IMG/VR virus record: IMGVR_UViG_3300031993_000041
Location: 24,876-88,875 of that record
Direction: 5' to 3' (one strand)
Length of the DNA stretch: 64,000 bases
From: a virus
Taxonomy: Duplodnaviria; Caudoviricetes
The notes below the pieces were generated by a model. It saw only the letters and a list, made by a program, of their open reading frames with translations, made no database searches and was not told where the DNA came from. Every line of letters begins with the position of its first letter. Position 1 is the stretch's first letter. Shown piece after piece: positions 56,989-64,000 of the stretch. Made by a program: the position numbers and the translations under genes.

Positions 56989-58012
56989 TATTCTTTTCCT
57001 CACAGTCTATAAGCTCACAGTTAAAAAGCCTGCATTTTACGACATCAGCGTCATGGATGACAAGATTCGACAACGTGCAGTTCTTTACCTTCTCGGTTAT
57101 AATTGAGAAAAACCTTCTGGTCTTATTCTGGATTCTGATACCTTCAAGACTGTCTATCTTCATCTCAAGCATATTGTTGTCAGTATCGAAATTAAGGCTT
57201 ATCTCGTTATCGTCGTCAGCTTTCTTCAGAATATAGAGTAATTCGACAAGCAGGTCTTTATAATAGTTGAAGAACTGCTTGTATTTCTCGTCGTCTTTTT
57301 CGACAGGCCTAAGGTCTATGAGCAGCTCTATATGTTTCTTGTCATTCATATATCGCCTGAATGTATCAGGTGACTCGAATATTGTCATATACTTGTCACG
57401 TATCTTTTCTGTCACCTTATCTTCAACCTTCTTATCTGATATTGAATTATAAACCGTATATATGATGTAATTCAGAACCGAAAAGAATTTATCGGTAGTA
57501 ACGCCTTTCTTTAATGGCAGGTCTATACTGAAATAAGTCATCTTACTGAAATCAAGATACATGCCTTCAGTCATAATCTGAAAATTGATGTCGTATCCGT
57601 TAACAAGGTCGCTGTAGCTCGAAGGATTCCTAAGAACGTCTTTTACACTCTGTATGTTATAGCAAATATCCATAACCATATCTTCTTCGTAATCCTGCAT
57701 GAACATAGGTACGTTCAGCTTGCTCAAGTCCTTGTTTTTAATATATGCCTTAAATGAATACCTGCAATGCTCGATACCTGCTGATTTCATAATCTTTCTG
57801 ATGTCAAGGCATATATATCTGCAGAAGGCGTAATCTATGGATGTGAATGTTATCTCTTTCTGGCCGATAATATATGCAGTCTCTGAAAATTTGTTTTCAA
57901 GTCCTTTAATGACATCAACAAGTTCCTTCTGCTCGAGATGCTTGCTTGAAACCGTAATATCAACAATTACGTTCTCGAAAGCTTCTTTTATATTTTTGTC
58001 ATTTATTTCCAT
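56975..58012 (-). CDS. hypothetical protein
   Basis: 345-aa ORF convergent with the previous gene. Confidence 0.75.
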   Translation of the reverse strand: MEINDKNIKEAFENVIVDITVSSKHLEQKELVDVIKGLENKFSETAYIIGQKEITFTSIDYAFCRYICLDIRKIMKSAGIEHCRYSFKAYIKNKDLSKLNVPMFMQDYEEDMVMDICYNIQSVKDVLRNPSSYSDLVNGYDINFQIMTEGMYLDFSKMTYFSIDLPLKKGVTTDKFFSVLNYIIYTVYNSISDKKVEDKVTEKIRDKYMTIFESPDTFRRYMNDKKHIELLIDLRPVEKDDEKYKQFFNYYKDLLVELLYILKKADDDNEISLNFDTDNNMLEMKIDSLEGIRIQNKTRRFFSIITEKVKNCTLSNLVIHDADVVKCRLFNCELIDCEEKNTTQE

Positions 58013-58084
58013 TTTAAACCCATTTTAACCCGTTTTAAGTAATTTGTACTCCAAAGTAAAAATAACTCGATACGGACGACGTTT

Positions 58085-58627
58085 TTAGTATTTATTAAGA
58101 CTTATATCAGATGTTCCATCTTTTATAGACTGTACTTCCGCATTTGACCTCTTTTCAAGCGTAAGAGCGTTTTGCTTGCCGCTGAATTTATCCTGTAATG
58201 CCTTTATCCTCTTCATCCTACCAGGGTCTGTAGTTGATTTAAGAAGGTTGTTGGCCTTATTTGTAAGCTCGATAAATTCTTCTGTTTCCGTATCTTGCCT
58301 ATCATAATCCGTAATACCCTTCTTAGATTTCTTCTTGAATACCTCAGGAGGGTTAGGCGCATAGAGATTAACATCTTCAACAGGTATGATAAGAATGTCG
58401 CCTTCATTCACAGCAAACGGATTTATTATACCGTTCGCGTACATGACAGCGTCTATTGTATCCGAATTACCTTTCCTTTTGGCACATATCCTGTCAAGCC
58501 TCGCTGTTTCTCCTGAAGATACCTCGGAAAAGTATTCAGGGTTCATATTCTCCTTGATATAAACCCTGTCTTGAAGCATGACACATCCGTCCTGCTCTTT
58601 TCTTTTTATATTGAATACTTTTTCCAT
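58085..58627 (-). CDS. baseplate wedge protein, gp53-like (LysM-related)
   Basis: ARLDRIC...DAVMYANGIINPFAVNEGDILIIP. Confidence 0.75.
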   Translation of the reverse strand: MEKVFNIKRKEQDGCVMLQDRVYIKENMNPEYFSEVSSGETARLDRICAKRKGNSDTIDAVMYANGIINPFAVNEGDILIIPVEDVNLYAPNPPEVFKKKSKKGITDYDRQDTETEEFIELTNKANNLLKSTTDPGRMKRIKALQDKFSGKQNALTLEKRSNAEVQSIKDGTSDISLNKY

Positions 58628-58638
58628 TACAACTTATC

Positions 58639-60840
58639 TTATAACGTGCAAATTATGATATTGTCTCTTTTGAAGATGCTTTCATTATATTTCGCACCTG
58701 ATACTCCGTTGTCTACAGTCAATATTGCAAGCGAGCTCTTTTCAAAAGATATGCCTGTTGTATCTTCATATTTCTTTAGCAAATCAACAAAAGGTTTCGG
58801 GCCTACACTCCAGTAACCGTCACCGATAACAATATTCAATAAAAGATTGTCACCTCGCTTGTCTGTCATTTCGGAGTATTCCCGGCGGCTGTTCTCTATA
58901 ATCGCAAAGAAATTGTCACCTCCTCCAAGCTTATCCGAAATATTACGGATGTCATTAAAATCTTTTATCTCAACAAGTTCGTTCATCGATATAGGAGTAA
59001 CGATGTCACTGAATGCAAACATCTCATATTCTGTGATTTTAAGCTCGCTGAGCAATCCTTTTATTATAGACGCTATTCTTATATAAGTTTCAAGGTTAGA
59101 CATAACAGACCCTGAAAAATCAATATAAATTAGAGCCTTATAATTTATCTTAGAATCTTCAAGATAACGGCGTCTCGGTAAAATGAACTTATCAGCAGCG
59201 TATAGCAAAGATTTCCTTGGAAATACAAGTTTGCTCTTCTGAGATTCCTGCATAGCGGTCTCAGAATCACTCTTAATCTTTTTAATCTTACGCTTAATTG
59301 CACTCTGAATAGCAGATGGTCCGTTAAAATCACTCTTCGTTGACTCATCAGCTCCTTTAGATACATTGACAGATATTAAGTCGTTTTTAAATACATTTGT
59401 ATCTGTCTTTAATTTACTTCTCAGTTCATCATCAAGTTCCGGTATTTTCTCGATAAGGCTGTCCACATCTTCATCGACATTCATTATCCTGTCAAAGATA
59501 CTGTTTTCATCTTTTACATCATCCCCCTTCGCAGCTTCAGAGCCTTTACCGCTACCCAATCTTTCGTCGTCGTCATCATCGTCATCATCGTCGCTATCTC
59601 CTTCTCCAGCACTTTCTTCACCCTCGGAACTTTCTGAGTCTTCGCCGACTGTCTCTGTTGATGTCGAATCATTCTCTTCAGATTCTTCATTCCCTTCATT
59701 GTCTCCGCCTTCATTTGCATCAGAATTATCATCATCGTCACCCTCATCGTAATCGTCGTCGTCATCAAAGACAGAATTAGAAGCAGAATCTTCATCTTCT
59801 CCAGGTTCTTCTCCAGACTCATCTCCTTCTCCATCCTCGCCTTGGTCCTGGTCTTCATCCTCTCCATTTTCAGAACTTTCTTCATTGCCATCGCCACTCT
59901 CATCACTCTCTCGTTCTTCCTCAGAGCCGTCATTAGTGCCTTCTTCATTATCGCCTTCGTCGCCTTCGCCTTCATCTTGGTCTTCGCTCTCTTCTTTCTG
60001 TTTTTCAGAATTCTTATCATTATTATCCTGACCTCCATCCTGCTTGTTTTCCGGCTCGTCAAAGTATTTGTCTATATCGATATTATTAAGAACATCGATT
60101 GCACGGTCATGCTTAAGGTCTTTAAGTACATGTCCAAGACTTCTCGCCTCAACAAAATCAGCATAACTCATTATTGCAAGCGACTCATTATATTTGGTAT
60201 TAACTATCTTTTTAAGCTTAGAAATCAAAAGAGCGCCTTTAGCTTTCTTCTCTTCTTTCGACAAAGTTTTATCCTTCTTAATCTCGGCAAGCTCATCCTC
60301 AATCATTTTTGTGAATTCCTGGCGAAGCTCTTTATCATTTTTCTCGCTCAGTATTATTTTTAATATCGTCTCAAATGTCTTCTGGCTATATTTCTCCAAA
60401 TCAAACCAAGCATGTAAATCTGACATTTTATCAGAAGTCGCATACCTCATTTCTATAATGGTATTGTTTACCTCTATATCCATAGCGATATTTTTTGTTT
60501 TCCTTGGAATATCAGGAAAATTCATACCCCTCTTTGGATGTTTAAATAAGACATGTAGAAATTCGTGCAATATGATGATAGATGCTTGATACTCGTCAGC
60601 GCCAAGATATTCACGTACGAATTTCGGGTTCATATAGACGATTTTCTTCGTACCGACAGCCATCGTAGGAATCTGCTGCGTCAATACGAAATAGAATGTG
60701 TTGAGCGTATCCCTGAAAGCTGGCAGCTTATGATATATCAAATCAAGGGCTCCTTCAAGGCAATTAACTACAAAAGCAGCATCCTTGTCACCAGGATGCT
60801 GCTTCATATAGATTGCAAAGTTTGTGTTAGTAAGTTTCAT
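58639..60840 (-). CDS. DUF2201-type metallopeptidase-like/vWA protein with long acidic linker
   Basis: IPTMAV, HEFLHVLFKH, DIEVN; YIDFSGSV MIDAS. Confidence 0.85.
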   Translation of the reverse strand: MKLTNTNFAIYMKQHPGDKDAAFVVNCLEGALDLIYHKLPAFRDTLNTFYFVLTQQIPTMAVGTKKIVYMNPKFVREYLGADEYQASIIILHEFLHVLFKHPKRGMNFPDIPRKTKNIAMDIEVNNTIIEMRYATSDKMSDLHAWFDLEKYSQKTFETILKIILSEKNDKELRQEFTKMIEDELAEIKKDKTLSKEEKKAKGALLISKLKKIVNTKYNESLAIMSYADFVEARSLGHVLKDLKHDRAIDVLNNIDIDKYFDEPENKQDGGQDNNDKNSEKQKEESEDQDEGEGDEGDNEEGTNDGSEEERESDESGDGNEESSENGEDEDQDQGEDGEGDESGEEPGEDEDSASNSVFDDDDDYDEGDDDDNSDANEGGDNEGNEESEENDSTSTETVGEDSESSEGEESAGEGDSDDDDDDDDDERLGSGKGSEAAKGDDVKDENSIFDRIMNVDEDVDSLIEKIPELDDELRSKLKTDTNVFKNDLISVNVSKGADESTKSDFNGPSAIQSAIKRKIKKIKSDSETAMQESQKSKLVFPRKSLLYAADKFILPRRRYLEDSKINYKALIYIDFSGSVMSNLETYIRIASIIKGLLSELKITEYEMFAFSDIVTPISMNELVEIKDFNDIRNISDKLGGGDNFFAIIENSRREYSEMTDKRGDNLLLNIVIGDGYWSVGPKPFVDLLKKYEDTTGISFEKSSLAILTVDNGVSGAKYNESIFKRDNIIICTL

Positions 60841-63344
60841 TATTCACCAACTTTAAAAGTCTTTAACAATATATTTACCATTGCATTCGTATATGGGCAA
60901 TTTTTCAAAGATTCCTTACTGTTGATGTCATAACCCATATCTGTAATAATACCTTCCATCGTAGATATTACTATCTGGTTGGATGTTCCTTCAGGCATAT
61001 TGTTTACAAGGAACTTGCAGATATTCTCGAAGTTCTTTTCAGGTATAGGATTCTTTTCATCCCATTTAGAACTTACGTATGCTTGTATTACCTGCATAGT
61101 ATCCATTGTTCTATCTGGCAATGTAAGCTCTTTAACGGTGTCATTCAATTTACCGTTTACGACATTCATCGCCGTGAACTTAGGCTTACTGCTGTCTCTG
61201 TTATTAAACCAGTATTCGGTATAGTCTTCAGCAGCGTCAGAGCCGACATACATTGAAACTATTTCCCTGAATTCGTCTTTGTCGAATCCGCTGTAATCCT
61301 TAAAGCCTCTTGTCTCACATTCAAGATTCAATCTGTAAATACAGTTTGTCCAAGAACGTGGAGAAGGCCATGCGGCTGAAGCTCGTTTCTGGTCATAATT
61401 AAGCCTTGATTCAACATCATAATTGAACCAGTTCGTAAACTCACCTTCCGCATTTACCTCTGCTTGGAAGAAATCAAGAGTTGTCTGGTCGAATCCGTGG
61501 TTTTCAGCCCATACTTTCCAAGAACTGAATGTAGGCACGAACTGAATCTGTGCGAAACGGTTTGTCAAAGCACCTGGAGCATGTTCCCATTTAGATTCAA
61601 CCATAGAGTCATCAAGCGGCCTATTCGTACAAGCGATAATAGACCATTTGCTGCCAAGTATGCAAGAACCGTACTTTCTGTCGGCAATCAACGTCAAGAA
61701 AGCAGAGAATATGTCGATGTCAGCCCTAAACAACTCATCAAGCATCAAGATACCACCGTCACCTGTTTTCTCGCAGTATTCCAAAACACCGTCTTCGTCA
61801 TATACCGGGTTGACAGAACCGTTTGCTATCTCATTAAGCAATAAGTCAGTATTTCTGTCTCCTGTAGGTTTATATACAGGCAAAGCGTCTGTCATTGCAT
61901 CCTCACATTTCTTAACTATCTTATTAAGAACTTCGTCAGAAAGACCTTCTACAGACTTGCCTTCAGATTCAAGCTGCTGGCGTATTGACTCAGTCTTAGG
62001 CATAGGTACCGATAATGAGTCTGATTTCAACTGGCCACAGTCGATAACAATAAGAGCTTTACGTTTCTTAGGGTCAGTTATATTCTTGTTATACGCGTTT
62101 ACTATTGACATAGGTATATGTGTCTTACCTATACCAGGAGCTCCCCAAATAAGCAATGGCATTACTCCGTTGCCTTGTGGTTTTACAAGCCTCATTTTTA
62201 TTTCCTGTTCAAGACGTTCCGTACCACATTCCTGCCATCTTTCATCGAAACCACCTGAACGAGCTTTATAACCGCCGACACCGCGACCCTCACCCATAGA
62301 GAGTAAGGTCTCAAGATTCTTTTTCTCATTATCAGTTGCATATACCGGATATACGCCCGTATCATTAAGGCTTACAGTATCGACAGGTTTTGAGAACTCG
62401 TCAGAAACCTTTGATATGACCTGTACAGCTTTTGACGGGCTGACGCTACCGAAGAAGTTCACGATAGATGAAGGCGATACCGCACCAAGACTGTATCCGT
62501 CTTTATCGAAAGCGGCTACGAACCATTCATTCAATTTTTCTGTCGTACGTGTGAAGATTTCTTTGATTTTGTCAACGATATTTCCAGCAACCTTCTTTAC
62601 ATTGTCGAAGAAACCTTCATTCATTAACGTAGAGAAAGATTTCAACGAATAATCTTCATCAAATTCAGCGTCAAGCGATTGCTCGATTTCTTTCTTAGCT
62701 TTCTGGATGTCTTCATAAGAAGTATCAATTTTAGGCTGCTTCTTAGGGTTACGTGCAATATCTGCCATGTAGTCAGGCGCCCAAATTTTGAATACTTCAG
62801 GATGGTTGAAGTCAGAACTCAAAAACATATTGTCAAATGACTTCACACGGTTTATCCTCCAGCTCTTGATTGAATCGTTATTAAATCCAGACTTATAGAA
62901 AGTACCTTTCATAGAAGTAGCTGAATTCGTCTCGATTATGCTAAGGTCTGCATTAGGAATGTTCAAGTATGCAAACATCGCATCGAAATTCGTTACTTTG
63001 CTGAAATCGAAATGTCTGAAGACTTTGAAACTGCTCTTCGTCTTTCCCTTAGCAGCAGCTATGTCATAAATCGCTGTAACGAAATTTACGGCATTGTCGT
63101 CTGTCAAAACTTTCTTTTGACCGCTCTGAATGATTTGAGTTACCTCTCTCTTCATTTCAGTACTTTCGTTATCATCATCGTCAGTTGTATCCTCTTCAGC
63201 AATCTCATCCCATAGACCTTCGTTAATCATACGAGATATAGATTTGTCATATTCACTTCCACTGAGTGAATCAAGCTTTTCGTCAAATACCAAGTCAAGT
63301 ATATCCATTTCCTTAAATTTTTTCTTGTTAATATTAGAATTCAA
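60840..63344 (-). CDS. MoxR-like AAA+ ATPase with N-terminal DUF285/BspA-like repeats
   Basis: WGAPGIGKT, LMLDELFRAD, IACTNR, ALTNRF, WPSPRSW; FDFSKVTNFDAMF repeats. Confidence 0.85.
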   Translation of the reverse strand: MNSNINKKKFKEMDILDLVFDEKLDSLSGSEYDKSISRMINEGLWDEIAEEDTTDDDDNESTEMKREVTQIIQSGQKKVLTDDNAVNFVTAIYDIAAAKGKTKSSFKVFRHFDFSKVTNFDAMFAYLNIPNADLSIIETNSATSMKGTFYKSGFNNDSIKSWRINRVKSFDNMFLSSDFNHPEVFKIWAPDYMADIARNPKKQPKIDTSYEDIQKAKKEIEQSLDAEFDEDYSLKSFSTLMNEGFFDNVKKVAGNIVDKIKEIFTRTTEKLNEWFVAAFDKDGYSLGAVSPSSIVNFFGSVSPSKAVQVISKVSDEFSKPVDTVSLNDTGVYPVYATDNEKKNLETLLSMGEGRGVGGYKARSGGFDERWQECGTERLEQEIKMRLVKPQGNGVMPLLIWGAPGIGKTHIPMSIVNAYNKNITDPKKRKALIVIDCGQLKSDSLSVPMPKTESIRQQLESEGKSVEGLSDEVLNKIVKKCEDAMTDALPVYKPTGDRNTDLLLNEIANGSVNPVYDEDGVLEYCEKTGDGGILMLDELFRADIDIFSAFLTLIADRKYGSCILGSKWSIIACTNRPLDDSMVESKWEHAPGALTNRFAQIQFVPTFSSWKVWAENHGFDQTTLDFFQAEVNAEGEFTNWFNYDVESRLNYDQKRASAAWPSPRSWTNCIYRLNLECETRGFKDYSGFDKDEFREIVSMYVGSDAAEDYTEYWFNNRDSSKPKFTAMNVVNGKLNDTVKELTLPDRTMDTMQVIQAYVSSKWDEKNPIPEKNFENICKFLVNNMPEGTSNQIVISTMEGIITDMGYDINSKESLKNCPYTNAMVNILLKTFKVGE

Positions 63345-64000
63345 CCATATATGAAAGATAAGCTTTCTTATCCTTATTTACGTCGGTAATGTCGGTAGAC
63401 ATAGCGCCATTTAGGTATTTTATCCATTCATAGTCTGGTTTGCCTCTTCTCATTATTTTACCTATGTTCGGAACAACACGCCAGCTGAACCTGTTGAAAC
63501 CTGCGATATTACCGGCTTTTACTTTTCCGGTAAGTCTGTCTTCGATTGCTTTCACGACTTCAGCCCAACGGTCTCTTGGTACAACTGTTATTTCATCAGG
63601 AACTTCAGAGTTATCCATTTCTTTTTGGTAAACGTTCTTAATTTTCCTCCAGATAATCTTAGCATGAGGATAAATGTTGAAAATTGAAGCCCTGTCCAAA
63701 ATTGAGTTCCAGTAGTCGCCTCCGATTTCAGATTTAAGGTCATCCATAGAAGCATTGGTGATTATGATAACGCATCCCCTGAAATCAAAGTTGTCAGGCA
63801 TCTTAGGTTTGAGGTCGCTCGCAACTTTATTACGTAAGTCATTTGCCTGACGCTGTTTAGATTCAAGCTCTTTCATAGTTGCCTCAGTACCTTGGCCTTC
63901 TTGATGTTTCAATTGCAGTTTCGCAATATCTTTTTGAAGAGACTGATACCTTGTGTTAAGCCTCAAGCTTGCGTCAGTATCACCAACTACATTATAGTAG
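63334..64000 (-). CDS. C-terminal part of a probable AAA-type ATPase (5' end outside window)
   Basis: frame open to the window edge; FDFRGCVIIITN, SILDRA sensor-like motifs. Confidence 0.55.
   Translation of the reverse strand, partial: YYNVVGDTDASLRLNTRYQSLQKDIAKLQLKHQEGQGTEATMKELESKQRQANDLRNKVASDLKPKMPDNFDFRGCVIIITNASMDDLKSEIGGDYWNSILDRASIFNIYPHAKIIWRKIKNVYQKEMDNSEVPDEITVVPRDRWAEVVKAIEDRLTGKVKAGNIAGFNRFSWRVVPNIGKIMRRGKPDYEWIKYLNGAMSTDITDVNKDKKAYLSYMVEF

Noticed and set aside
199-63631. Numerous antisense or overlapping ORFs in the track (e.g. 199..720, 6240..6728, 36611..37225, 42986..43606, 53154..53789, 59514..60062)
   Set aside because: Shadow frames of genuine genes; Ser/Phe/Leu-rich compositions expected from the reverse complement, with no motifs or leaders.
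1-64000. TAG-to-Gln recoding as in Lak-type megaphages
   Set aside because: Long core genes (PolB, UvsX, baseplate) are intact in code 11. TAG ends several convergent genes, and the Gln tRNA has CTG, not CTA. The in-frame continuations at 28976 and 31346 are compatible with chance.

Overview
This is a 64-kb segment of a large T4-like/jumbo tailed phage genome in the standard genetic code. The host is probably Bacteroidota, inferred from A-rich starts without Shine-Dalgarno sites, a DUF5675-type lysin and a Bacteroidota-style boxA. It holds virion genes (gp4-like head completion, gp6/gp53-like baseplate, a tape-measure-like protein) and lysis genes. It also has a replication/recombination block (PolB, clamp, SSB, UvsX, RuvC), three ATP-grasp ligase genes, a MoxR-type AAA/vWA pair, and many small ORFs. 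The most unusual part is a ~6-kb, almost ORF-free minus-strand RNA island (22.4-28.1 kb). It contains 10 readable tRNAs, including a rare Leu(AAG), and a tmRNA with a 33-aa tag. It also holds a group I ribozyme with apparently non-coding exons and an ORF-less IS200/IS605 right-end/omegaRNA-like element ending exactly at nt +1 of the initiator tRNA. A truncated tnpB, at least five 128-229-nt RNAs closed by tRNA-like acceptor stems and T-arms, and repeated boxB-hairpin/boxA-like leaders are present too. Outside the island, many proteins carry a T4 capsid-targeting-like motif (LKTYxxFxNE). All calls come from reading by eye; no database or covariance-model search was run.
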